This document shows positions 18,015 through 27,092 of a stretch of 64,000 nucleotides of DNA, piece by piece. Under the pieces are notes generated by a model. That model saw only the letters and a list, made by a program, of their open reading frames with translations. It ran no database searches and was not told the DNA's origin. Source of the stretch: Candidatus Saccharicenans sp. (GTDB lineage: Bacteria > Acidobacteriota > Aminicenantia > Aminicenantales > Saccharicenantaceae); assembly GCA_017992175.1 (NCBI GenBank), contig JAGOPD010000005.1, positions 6,580 to 70,579 on the forward strand. Direction: 5' to 3'. The position numbers and the translations under genes are program-made. Every line of letters starts with the position of its first letter. Positions within the stretch are counted from its first letter, which is position 1.

Positions 18015-20540
18015 ATGCTTCAGGAAATCAGAGTCAGAAAGGCAGCCCAGCATAATTTAAAAAAAATTGATCTCGAGCTGCCCAGAAACCAGCTGGTGCT
18101 CATCACCGGGCCCAGCGGTTCAGGCAAGTCGTCTTTAGCTTTTGATACCCTTTTTGCCGAGGGCCAGAGGCGCTATCTTGAATGCCTGTCGGCTTATGCC
18201 CGGCAATTCATAGAACAGCTGGAAAAGCCGCAGGTTGAATCAATTGAGGGCTTATCCCCGGCCATTTCCGTTGACCAGAAGACCATTGCTTTTAATCCAA
18301 GATCAACGGTTGGAACTATAACCGAAATCTATGATTTTTTGCGCCTGCTCTATGCCCGGCTGGGGACAATCTACTGCCCCGATTGCGGAGTTAAAGTTAC
18401 CTCCAGTTCAGAAGAGCAGATTATCAAGCTCATCGGCGGGGAGCTATCCGGTCAGAAGATCAAAATCCTGGCCCCGGTGGTCAGGGGACGGAAAGGTGAA
18501 TACCATCAGCTCCTGGAAAGGTTCAGGCGGCGGGGGTACCTTCAGGCCCGGGTTGATGGCCGGTTGCTTGACCTTGAAAAAAAGATCAGCCTGAATAAGA
18601 ATCAAAAACACAATCTGGAAATCTTGATTGATGAACTGACCGTTAAACCAGATAATGACCGGAGGTTGAGGGAGGCCTTAAGCCGCAGCCTGGAACTGAC
18701 GGATGGGGGAGTGGCTGTCCTCAGTCAGAACGGGCGGGAATATTACTTTTCCCGCCGGCTGTCCTGCCCGGTCTGCGGCCGGAGCTTTCAACCGCTTGAA
18801 CCCAGGGATTTTTCTTTTAACAGCCCTTATGGGGCCTGCAGCCGCTGTCATGGCCTCGGCTTTATGACTACCCATAATGAGTGGGGAGAAGTCGAGCTGA
18901 CCGATGAAGTTTGCCCTGTCTGCCAGGGAGAGCGGTTAAAAAAGGATAGCCTGGCAGTAAAAATCGCTAAGTTCAACATCCAGGAGCTGTCTTCGGTCAG
19001 TGTTAACCGCTTGCTGGACATCCTGGCCGGGCTGGAATTTAGCCCGCAGGAAAAACTGGTAGCTGATAAGATTTTGAAAGAAATAACGGCCAGATTAAGG
19101 ACGATGAAAGAGCTGGGCCTGGCCTACCTTGATCTCAGCCGGACCGGAACCTCTCTCTCCGGCGGAGAAGCCCAGAGAATCAGGCTGGCCGCTCAGGTGG
19201 GCTCCAGGCTGAGAGGGGTAATGTATGTTCTGGATGAGCCGACAATTGGCTTGCACCAGAGAGACAACGGCCGTCTGATCAGGCTTTTGCGTCAGCTGCG
19301 GGATGCCGGTAACTCGATTGTCGTCGTTGAGCATGATGAGCAGACCATTCGCTCGGCTGATTATTTAATCGATCTCGGGCCAGGAGCCGGGGAAAGAGGC
19401 GGCTATGTGGTCGCCCGGGGCGGGCTGGGTGAGGTGCTTAAGTCGAGTGATTCTCTTACCGCTCAATATTTGAGAGGGGAAAAGTCTATTGAAGTCCCGG
19501 CCAGAAGGCGGGAGCCTCAGAGCTGGTTGACCATCTCCGGGGCCAGGGAACACAATTTAAAAAACCTGGAGGTCAGGTTTCCGCTGGGAGTTATGACGGC
19601 CGTCACCGGTGTTTCCGGCTCAGGTAAAAGCAGCCTGGTTTATGATATTCTTTACAAAGCTCTGATCAAAAAATATTACCGGGCCAAAGTCCAACCTGGC
19701 CAGTATGACCGGTTAGACGGCCTGGAAAATATCGACAAGGTCGTTCTGGTTGACCAGAAGCCCATCGGGCGAACGCCGCGCTCCAATCCGGCTACTTATA
19801 CTCAGATCTTCGGGCATTTAAGAGAGCTGTTTGCTCTAACCCCGGAAGCTAAACGGAAGGGCTATTCTCCGGGGAGATTTAGCTTTAATGTGCCTGGCGG
19901 ACGGTGTGAAGAATGCCAGGGGGCCGGAGTAAGAAAAATTGAGATGCATTTTCTGCCCGATGTTTATGTCACCTGTGACCGTTGCGGCGGCCGCCGCTAT
20001 AACCGGGAGACGCTGGCTGTCACCTACAAAGGCAAGAATATTTCTGACTATCTGGCGATGACGGTGGATGAAGCTTTTGAGCTGCTCAAGGCCCACCCGG
20101 CCCTCAGACGAAAACTGGGGCTCCTGCAAAGAGTTGGGCTTGGTTACTTGCGGCTGGGTCAGCCGGCTACCAGACTGTCCGGGGGCGAAGCTCAAAGAAT
20201 CAAGTTAACCAGGGAACTGGGCCGGCGCGACACCGGCCGGACTCTCTATCTGCTGGATGAGCCAACCACCGGTCTGCATTTTGATGATGTTTCAAAACTT
20301 CTATCTGTCCTGGCCGAGCTGGTTTCCTTAGGGAATACAGTCATTATCATTGAACATAATCTTGAAGTTATTAAATTCTGTGACTATATTATTGATCTTG
20401 GGCCAGAAGGGGGCGAGGAGGGCGGTTATCTGGTTGCCCAGGGACGGCCGGAAGAGGTGGCCAGTGTGACGGAATCATACACCGGCCGCTACCTGAAACG
20501 GGTTTTGTTTTCAGGCCTGGAGGCAGGTATAAAGGGATAA
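18015..20540 (+). CDS. uvrA: Excinuclease ABC subunit A homologue, short (841 aa)
   Basis: Two ABC modules (GPSGSGKSS / GVSGSGKSS, with two LSGGEAQRI signatures) and Zn modules CPDC...CPVC, CSRC...CPVC and CEEC...CDRC. Confidence 0.9.
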   Translation: MLQEIRVRKAAQHNLKKIDLELPRNQLVLITGPSGSGKSSLAFDTLFAEGQRRYLECLSAYARQFIEQLEKPQVESIEGLSPAISVDQKTIAFNPRSTVGTITEIYDFLRLLYARLGTIYCPDCGVKVTSSSEEQIIKLIGGELSGQKIKILAPVVRGRKGEYHQLLERFRRRGYLQARVDGRLLDLEKKISLNKNQKHNLEILIDELTVKPDNDRRLREALSRSLELTDGGVAVLSQNGREYYFSRRLSCPVCGRSFQPLEPRDFSFNSPYGACSRCHGLGFMTTHNEWGEVELTDEVCPVCQGERLKKDSLAVKIAKFNIQELSSVSVNRLLDILAGLEFSPQEKLVADKILKEITARLRTMKELGLAYLDLSRTGTSLSGGEAQRIRLAAQVGSRLRGVMYVLDEPTIGLHQRDNGRLIRLLRQLRDAGNSIVVVEHDEQTIRSADYLIDLGPGAGERGGYVVARGGLGEVLKSSDSLTAQYLRGEKSIEVPARRREPQSWLTISGAREHNLKNLEVRFPLGVMTAVTGVSGSGKSSLVYDILYKALIKKYYRAKVQPGQYDRLDGLENIDKVVLVDQKPIGRTPRSNPATYTQIFGHLRELFALTPEAKRKGYSPGRFSFNVPGGRCEECQGAGVRKIEMHFLPDVYVTCDRCGGRRYNRETLAVTYKGKNISDYLAMTVDEAFELLKAHPALRRKLGLLQRVGLGYLRLGQPATRLSGGEAQRIKLTRELGRRDTGRTLYLLDEPTTGLHFDDVSKLLSVLAELVSLGNTVIIIEHNLEVIKFCDYIIDLGPEGGEEGGYLVAQGRPEEVASVTESYTGRYLKRVLFSGLEAGIKG

Positions 20541-20546
20541 AGGCCA

Positions 20547-21542
20547 ATGAGTTTTAAGGATATTCCTGGTAATGATCAGATCAAGAAAATTTTGAAGCTC
20601 TCCCTTCGGGAAGGCCGCTTACCGAATTCCCTGCTTTTTTCCGGGCCAGCTGGAGTCGGGAAGGTGGCCATGGCCCTGACGGTGGCCAGGGCTCTTAACT
20701 GCCAGAACCTGAAGGATGACTCCTGTGACCACTGTGATTCTTGCCGCCGGGTTGATCGCCGCCAGCATCCCAATGTCCTCTTAATAACCAGAGAGAAAAA
20801 CAGAGAGCAAATTGTTAAAGATCAGGTGGATGAAATTAATTATTTAGCCCGGCTGCGGCCCTGGCAGGGAGGCCGCCTGGTTTTTATTATTGACCAGGCC
20901 GAGCGGATGAATGAAACAGCAGCCAATTCCCTGCTGAAGACTCTGGAAGAGCCGGGTTCTTCGGTATATTTTATCCTGATTACCGAGGATCTCTCGGCTG
21001 TTCTCCCGACCATCAGGTCCCGCTGCCAGGTGCTAAAGTTTAAAAGGATCAGCCAGGAAGACATAGAAAGGGCCCTGGAAGCCCGAGGGCTGCCTCCTGA
21101 CCGGGCTGGCCTGATCGCCAGCACGACTGACGGCAACCTGGAACTGGCCTTGAATCTTTCCTGGGAAGAATTTAAAGCCAGCCGTGACCGGGCCTGGCTG
21201 ATGTTCACCAGGCTCATTCAGACAGGTGAGGCCGAAGATTTCCTTAGCCTGGTAGCGGGAGGTGCCAGAAAGGATTCTGTTGACAGTTTTAGAGAAATCC
21301 TGTCGTTTTTTTCTGTTTTCTTCCGCGATTTGATGGCTTCGAGAAGGGGAGAAATGGTGCCCTTGCTTAATTCGGATCTGAGGGGAGAGCTGGTCAGCCT
21401 GGCCGGGACAATTCCGGAAGTCAAAGCAGCGGGGGGGGTTAAATTAATCGAGGATTATCTTGGGAGCTTAAAGAAAAACCCAAATTTGAGTATAATGAGC
21501 AATGAACTGGTCATTTTTTTCAGGGAAATAAATTATGTCTGA
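20547..21542 (+). CDS. holB: DNA polymerase III delta' subunit
   Basis: AAA+ clamp-loader fold with degenerate P-loop GPAGVGK, Cys cluster CDHCDSC and SRC motif TIRSRCQ. Confidence 0.85.
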   Translation: MSFKDIPGNDQIKKILKLSLREGRLPNSLLFSGPAGVGKVAMALTVARALNCQNLKDDSCDHCDSCRRVDRRQHPNVLLITREKNREQIVKDQVDEINYLARLRPWQGGRLVFIIDQAERMNETAANSLLKTLEEPGSSVYFILITEDLSAVLPTIRSRCQVLKFKRISQEDIERALEARGLPPDRAGLIASTTDGNLELALNLSWEEFKASRDRAWLMFTRLIQTGEAEDFLSLVAGGARKDSVDSFREILSFFSVFFRDLMASRRGEMVPLLNSDLRGELVSLAGTIPEVKAAGGVKLIEDYLGSLKKNPNLSIMSNELVIFFREINYV

Positions 21543-22221
21543 TATAATCTTATTGCTATCCGAATCGACCGGGAAGATTATCCGGGCCAGAGCGGCTCAG
21601 CAGCCCCTCGAAGTCGGTGACTATTGCCTGGTTGAATCTGAATATGGCGGAGACCTGGCCATGGTTATTGATACCAGCAGCGAGCTGGCCGCCTGCCCGA
21701 AGGCAGCCAGAGAAGCGGTTAAAATCATCAGGCGGGCTAGCCAGGAAGATATTGATAAATTTAAATGGCTGCGGGGAAAAGAGAAACAGGCTTTTGATTT
21801 CTGTTTGCAGAGAATCAAAGTTCATAATTTGCCCATGAAGCTGGTGGCTGTCCGTTATTTCTTCAATGAAAAGAAGGGCATTTTCTATTATACAGCTGAT
21901 GGCCGGATTGATTTTCGCCAGCTGGTTAAAGACCTGGCCAAAGAGCTCAAAATGAGGATCGAAATGCGTCAGATCGGTGTCAGGGATGAGGCCAGGCTGA
22001 TAGGCGGATTGGGCGTCTGCGGCCGGCCCCTCTGCTGCTTTTCTTTTATAAAAAATTTTGAACCAATTACCATTCAAAAGGCCAGACGTCAGCAAATTGT
22101 TATTAATCCGATGAAGATTTCCGGCCTGTGCGGCCGCTTGATGTGTTGTTTAGCTTTTGAAGAAGAATCTAAAGGCAGGCTTTATATAGAAGACCTTGAT
22201 AACGGTTTGATTGAAGACTGA
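21535..22221 (+). CDS. ricT: PSP1-domain protein (RicT/YaaT-like)
   Basis: PSP1 C-terminal domain with Cys-rich CGRPLCC...CGRLMCC motifs. Classical holB-yaaT pairing with 8-nt overlap. Confidence 0.8.
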   Translation: MSDIILLLSESTGKIIRARAAQQPLEVGDYCLVESEYGGDLAMVIDTSSELAACPKAAREAVKIIRRASQEDIDKFKWLRGKEKQAFDFCLQRIKVHNLPMKLVAVRYFFNEKKGIFYYTADGRIDFRQLVKDLAKELKMRIEMRQIGVRDEARLIGGLGVCGRPLCCFSFIKNFEPITIQKARRQQIVINPMKISGLCGRLMCCLAFEEESKGRLYIEDLDNGLIED

Positions 22222-22237
22222 CCGGCTGGCTATTCCT

Positions 22238-22897
22238 TTACTGCTTGGAAACCAAAAACTGAACACGGCTGGAAACAGCAATCAGGGTGCCGTCTGGACC
22301 AAAAGCTTTAACCTGCCAGGAATATTTCTCGCCAGGAAGCATTTTAGCCCTGACTTCATCGGGAAGGGTAACCCGGTTTTCTTTGGTGGTTGTCTTCCAG
22401 AGCAGTTCATGATTGAAGATGGATATCTGATATTCGACATGGTCACCAAGTTTTTTCCATTCAAAGAAAGAAGGAACCTGGCTCATATCAATAACCGGGG
22501 AGATTAGGGTAATGGAAGAGCCTCTGACCGTCTCGGTATCGGTCAAAATAAAGGCCGGGATGTTGTTCCCTGGCCTGGGGACAACAGCTATAATTACGGC
22601 CACAAAAATCAAAGCCGTGATGCCAGCCAGAGCTAATTGTCGGGGGTTGAGGAAGGCCGCCAGCTCATGTTTTACTCTGGCCGCCACCGGGACTTTGCTT
22701 CTGACTTCTTCCTGAACCAGGACTTCAGAATGGTTTTTAATAGTGTTGATAATCAGATCGCGGGCTTGAAGTTTCTCAAAACAAGAAGGACAGTTAAAAT
22801 AATGTTCCTCGAAAAGCTCTTTATCCCTTTCGCTTAGCCTGTTAAGCAGGTACCCATCAATCATGTCTTCGAATTTACATTTCCTCATAATATCCAC
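22238..22897 (-). CDS. Anti-sigma factor, zf-HC2 type, single-pass membrane (pair 1)
   Basis: N-terminal H-x3-C-x2-C motif (HYFNCPSC), one TM (LALAGITALIFVAVIIAVV) and an extracytoplasmic C-domain. Lies directly downstream of an ECF sigma gene. Confidence 0.7.
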   Translation of the reverse strand: MDIMRKCKFEDMIDGYLLNRLSERDKELFEEHYFNCPSCFEKLQARDLIINTIKNHSEVLVQEEVRSKVPVAARVKHELAAFLNPRQLALAGITALIFVAVIIAVVPRPGNNIPAFILTDTETVRGSSITLISPVIDMSQVPSFFEWKKLGDHVEYQISIFNHELLWKTTTKENRVTLPDEVRAKMLPGEKYSWQVKAFGPDGTLIAVSSRVQFLVSKQ

Positions 22898-22954
22898 CTT
22901 CCCTTATTTTCCAATGGTTTAGTCGGGTTAACCTGCCAAAAATGGAAAAAATTT

Positions 22955-23470
22955 TCATAATTTTATCTCTTTTCTTAGCAGCTTGAGAGCATAGTTGACC
23001 AGCTCGCTGACTTTCCGGGGAGAAATACCCATCTTAGAGGCGACTTCATCTCTGCTAAGCTCTTGATAATAATAAAGATACAGCACATTCTGGTATTTTG
23101 GTTTTAGCTTGCCCAGGGCTTCCTGGACCTTTTCCGACATTTCCCTTTGCTCCAGTGTTTCCTGGGGATCAGGAAAGGGCTGGGGCTCCGGGGCATATTT
23201 CATGACCTTGGTCTTTTCCCTTATATAGTCAATTATGCGCCTGGAGGTAACGGTGTAGACAAAGGTTCCGAGAGAGGATTCCCCCCGGAACTCCCCTGAC
23301 TTAATCTTTTCCATTACCTGGGAAAGAATCTCTGAAACCAGGTCATCACAATCCGTGCTCTGGGCCCCGATCGCCTTTCTGACCCGGAAAGTGATAATAG
23401 GCCGGTAACGGACCATAAGTTCTTCGATGTCCTCTTCGATTCGAATTTTGTCCGTAGGCTTATCCCGCAC
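22955..23470 (-). CDS. ECF-type sigma-70 family factor (pair 1)
   Basis: 171 aa with recognisable region 2 (DLVSEI...) and a region 4 HTH (LSRDEVASKMGISPRKVSELVNYALKLLR). Confidence 0.8.
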   Translation of the reverse strand: MRDKPTDKIRIEEDIEELMVRYRPIITFRVRKAIGAQSTDCDDLVSEILSQVMEKIKSGEFRGESSLGTFVYTVTSRRIIDYIREKTKVMKYAPEPQPFPDPQETLEQREMSEKVQEALGKLKPKYQNVLYLYYYQELSRDEVASKMGISPRKVSELVNYALKLLRKEIKL

Positions 23471-23579
23471 TTTTGACCTCGGCTGTTATTAAAGGAAAAT
23501 ATCACAGGTTAAAGGCATTTTCAATTTTTTATATGTTTAGGCGACTAATATTTTGCCTCAAGAGGAAGTGGAGGCGCCT

Positions 23580-23762
23580 ATGATACCGGCTGAAGAAAAA
23601 GTGGCCAAGATTAAAATCTTCAATAAAGAAGAAGCTTTTTGTCAATATCTGGACCGCTTGTTAGGCAAAAATGGCTATGTTCTGGTGGTTACCAGTCCGC
23701 TGAAAAGAAAGCAGCCGGAGGGCTCAATGACTTTAACTGGAGCTGCCGACAGGAAGAATTAA
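23580..23762 (+). CDS. Small hypothetical protein (60 aa from the ATG; 69 aa from TTG at 23553)
   Basis: A GGAGG lies 5 nt upstream of ATG 23580. The stop is 2 nt before the HD-GYP ATG. No recognisable family. Confidence 0.3.
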   Translation: MIPAEEKVAKIKIFNKEEAFCQYLDRLLGKNGYVLVVTSPLKRKQPEGSMTLTGAADRKN

Positions 23763-23764
23763 AG

Positions 23765-24685
23765 ATGAAAGACGACCGGTCAAAAAAACTTTTTCTGCTG
23801 GAAAATAAAAAAAGCCAGAATGATCTGTATGAAACTAATCCCGGTTCTAAGATAAAAATCTTTGATCTTGACTGGTTGAAGGCCAACTGGGATATTCAAG
23901 GCGCCGGCCAGGCGGCAGCGGCGGTGATGCCTAACGGGATTATCGGCTCCTTAATTATGCCGAAAGTCGAGTCTTTCCTTCAGGCCAGCCGCATTCTTCA
24001 GAAGCTGGATGAAGAAGTCAGCGAGGAAAAATCCCTTAAGCTGCCAGCCTGGAAAAAGCTTTTTCAGGAAAGCCGTTTCTTCAACTCCGAGCTGATCTAT
24101 TTTCTGGCTTCAGCTGATCCGAGTGAAGACAGCCTGGGCCATTCAAGCTATGTAGCCGCTTATACTCTTATTCTGGCCCGTTATTCTGGCCTGCAAAACC
24201 GGAAGACGTTGATTGATATCGAACGCGGTGCTCTTCTTCACGATATCGGGAAAATTGGCATCCCGGAGACAATCCTGCAGAAAAAAGAGGCCTTAACTGA
24301 AGAAGAAATGGAAATTATCCGTTATCATCCTCTGATTGGCTTCGCTATGATTGAAGAGTTCAGCTTTCTGCAGGGGGCAGCCGAAATCATTCTTTTCCAT
24401 CATGAAAAATACGATGGCACCGGTTATCCCTTCGGCCTGGTAGGAGAAGAAATTCCCCTGAGTGCCAGGTTATTTTCTTTAGCCGATACCCTCGATGCCA
24501 TTACCTCAGATCGCCCCTACCGGCGGGGGCGGAGCCTGGAAGAAGCTCTGCAGGAGATAGAAAGGTGTCGCGGCTCTCAATTTGATCCGGAACTGGTTGA
24601 CATCATGCAGTCTATTCCGCTTGATAAGTGGGAAAAGGCCAAAGAACGAGCCAGAAAAACCCTGCGGGCGCCGGCCATCAATTAA
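23765..24685 (+). CDS. HD-GYP domain protein (putative c-di-GMP phosphodiesterase) with uncharacterised N-domain
   Basis: HDIGKIGIP and HHEKYDGTGYP motifs. I prefer the start at 23765 (AGGAAG RBS) over the listed 23639. Confidence 0.85.
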   Translation: MKDDRSKKLFLLENKKSQNDLYETNPGSKIKIFDLDWLKANWDIQGAGQAAAAVMPNGIIGSLIMPKVESFLQASRILQKLDEEVSEEKSLKLPAWKKLFQESRFFNSELIYFLASADPSEDSLGHSSYVAAYTLILARYSGLQNRKTLIDIERGALLHDIGKIGIPETILQKKEALTEEEMEIIRYHPLIGFAMIEEFSFLQGAAEIILFHHEKYDGTGYPFGLVGEEIPLSARLFSLADTLDAITSDRPYRRGRSLEEALQEIERCRGSQFDPELVDIMQSIPLDKWEKAKERARKTLRAPAIN

Positions 24686-24690
24686 GCTTT

Positions 24691-27057
24691 TTAATTCTCG
24701 GTCTTTTGTTTAACCTTTTGTTTTTCTTTGAAATAGCTTCTGGCATCAATCAGGATTTCTCTTGGCTTGGCCCCTTCCGGCGGCCCGATCAATCCTTCCT
24801 GTTCCATCTGGTCGATAATCCGGGAAGCGCGGGCATAACCAAGCTTTAATTTTCTCTGGAGATAAGAGGCCGAAGCCTGACCGGTGGCCAGCACCAGTTC
24901 AACCGCTTTATCAAAAAGTTCATCTTTTTCTCCCAGTTCTTCATCGGGCAGCAGATCACCGGTTCTCTTCAGAATCTGCAGAATCCGCTCATCATACTCG
25001 GGGGAACCCTGTTCTTTGACATATTTAACCAGACGCTGGACTTCAGGTATGGAGACATAAGCGCAATGCAAGCGAATCAACCGCGGGAAATTCGGCGGCA
25101 TGAAGAGCATGTCCCCCAGACCAAGTAATTTTTCCGCGCCAACCGTATCAATAATTACCCTTGAATCAATTTTAGATGGGACCCGGAAGGCGATCCGGCT
25201 GTTAAAGTTGTTTTTAATTGTCCCGGTAATAACATCAATTGAAGGACGCTGGGTAGCCATGACCAGATGAATGCCGACCGCCCTGGCCAGCTGAGCCAGG
25301 CGGCCAAGGCAGTATTCAACATCCTGAGGACTGGTCATCATCAACTCGGCCAGTTCATCAATAATGATTACTATGTAAGGAAGTGGTTTGAGTTTCTGCT
25401 TTTCTTCTTCAGTCAGTTTACCTTTTTTCTCAGCCAGAAGGGTTTTGACCTGTTGATTATATTGTTCGATATTTCTGACCTTCATCTGACTGAGCTGCCG
25501 GAGCCGCTCTTCCATCTTCTTAACCGCATCCATCAGGATAATTCCGGCTTTCTTTGGGTCATTGACCACCGGGGCAAAAAGATGAGGGATACCTTCATAA
25601 AGGGTAAACTCGAGACGTTTGGGATCAATCAGAATTAGTTTGACCTCATCGGGAGTGGCCTTGTAAAGGATGCTGGCAATCAGAGCATTAAGAGCCACGC
25701 TTTTGCCGGTTCCGGTTGCTCCGGCAATTAGCAGGTGAGGCATGATGCCCAGGTCGGTAATATAGACCTCGCCATGGACAGTTTTACCGAGGGCAAAGGT
25801 CAATTTGGAAGGCGAATTCTGGAATTTTTCTGATTGAATAATATCGCGGAGTTTGATTGTTTCTCGCTTGTTATTGGGGATTTCTATGCCGAGGGATGAT
25901 TTGCCCGGTATTCGCTGGATCCGGACTGATTCTGCTTCTAAGGCCAGGGATAATTCTTCGCTCAGGCCGGCCACCTGGCTGACCTTGATCCCGGCATCAG
26001 GAAAAAACTCGTAAGTGGTGATAATCGGGCCAGGATGATACTCGCGAACTTCACCTGAAACTTTAAATTCCCTGAGTTTTTCTTCAATCCGGCGTTTCTT
26101 TTCAAATAGTTCATTGCGGTCTATCTTTTCGGCCGGTTTGCCTGGATCGAGCAAACTGAACGGTGGGAAACGGTAATCACCGGCTTTTCTCAGATCAGGC
26201 AAAAGAAGTCGGTCCTCTTCGGCAGCTTTCTCTTCCTGTTTTTCCGGCCAGGCTGACCCAATTATTTCCCCTTTTTTTAAACCGCTCTTTCCCGGCCGGA
26301 CCGCACTTTTTAGTTCCCCGGCCGGTTTGGACCCTGCCTCCAGGACCGGGACCGCTGATTTTTCTTTGGCTGAGCCAGCCAGTTCTGCTTCAGTTTCCTT
26401 AGCTTTCCGGTACTTGTCCTCAATCTTCTTTTTCATTTTTTCTTTTTTTCTGGTTTGACCGTACTGAGTTACTCTTATTTTCACTGTCCGGGCCGTTGAA
26501 TGAAAAAGCCTGGCGAAAAAATTAGCTGTCCCGGAAAGAGTCCAGCGGGTAGTAAATAAAAGAACCAGAGCCAGAAGACAGATCAGAACGAAGAATGAGC
26601 CGGTATGATTCAACCAACCGGTCAGGAAGCCAAGCAACAGGCCGCCGAGCAAGCCGCCGGCTAAAAATTCTTTGCCCTGCCATGGAATTTTTTCAAAAAT
26701 CAAGATCAAAAGCGGCGAAAGAATAATAAGGTATAAGATACCAAAAATTAGCCGCCTGGCTAACTTCTGGCTCTGGCCCGGGAAAAGAGTTTTTAGCCCT
26801 AAATAGCCCAGGCCGACGGGCAGGAAAAAAGCGAGCAGTCCAAAGATTTGAAGCAAGGTTTCGGCCAGATAAGCCCCGAGGCTGCCGCCGAAATTGTGAG
26901 TCTGGTGGCCGGCTGGAGGTCTGTTGGCCCAGGAGGCGTCAGCCGGATCGTAGCCGAACAGGCTGATCAGGGAAAAAATGCCTAAGAAAATCAAAAGGAG
27001 TGAAATAATCTCTATAAATAATCCCGTCTTTTGCCCGTTCTTTTTGTTCTTAGCCAT
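24691..27057 (-). CDS. ftsK: DNA translocase FtsK/SpoIIIE
   Basis: N-terminal TM domain, Lys/Glu-rich linker, motor domain with GATGTGKS, and a C-terminal gamma winged-helix domain (YLQRKLKLGYARASRIID). Confidence 0.95.
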   Translation of the reverse strand: MAKNKKNGQKTGLFIEIISLLLIFLGIFSLISLFGYDPADASWANRPPAGHQTHNFGGSLGAYLAETLLQIFGLLAFFLPVGLGYLGLKTLFPGQSQKLARRLIFGILYLIILSPLLILIFEKIPWQGKEFLAGGLLGGLLLGFLTGWLNHTGSFFVLICLLALVLLFTTRWTLSGTANFFARLFHSTARTVKIRVTQYGQTRKKEKMKKKIEDKYRKAKETEAELAGSAKEKSAVPVLEAGSKPAGELKSAVRPGKSGLKKGEIIGSAWPEKQEEKAAEEDRLLLPDLRKAGDYRFPPFSLLDPGKPAEKIDRNELFEKKRRIEEKLREFKVSGEVREYHPGPIITTYEFFPDAGIKVSQVAGLSEELSLALEAESVRIQRIPGKSSLGIEIPNNKRETIKLRDIIQSEKFQNSPSKLTFALGKTVHGEVYITDLGIMPHLLIAGATGTGKSVALNALIASILYKATPDEVKLILIDPKRLEFTLYEGIPHLFAPVVNDPKKAGIILMDAVKKMEERLRQLSQMKVRNIEQYNQQVKTLLAEKKGKLTEEEKQKLKPLPYIVIIIDELAELMMTSPQDVEYCLGRLAQLARAVGIHLVMATQRPSIDVITGTIKNNFNSRIAFRVPSKIDSRVIIDTVGAEKLLGLGDMLFMPPNFPRLIRLHCAYVSIPEVQRLVKYVKEQGSPEYDERILQILKRTGDLLPDEELGEKDELFDKAVELVLATGQASASYLQRKLKLGYARASRIIDQMEQEGLIGPPEGAKPREILIDARSYFKEKQKVKQKTEN

Positions 27058-27092
27058 TTATTTCCGATTATATCATAGAGGCCGACAACTTT

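Noticed and set aside
21431-21438. G8 homopolymer inside holB (codons for AGGV)
   Set aside because: This could be a slippage hotspot, but it sits in an essential housekeeping gene with an intact frame. There is no evidence of phase variation.
21556-22095. 179-aa minus-strand ORF antisense to the PSP1/RicT gene. Similar long antisense ORFs occur at 16474-17037, 2903-3361, 8077-8508, 20840-21217 and 48489-48908.
   Set aside because: All of these lie entirely within well-supported genes on the opposite strand and lack RBSs or recognisable motifs. They are typical shadow ORFs.
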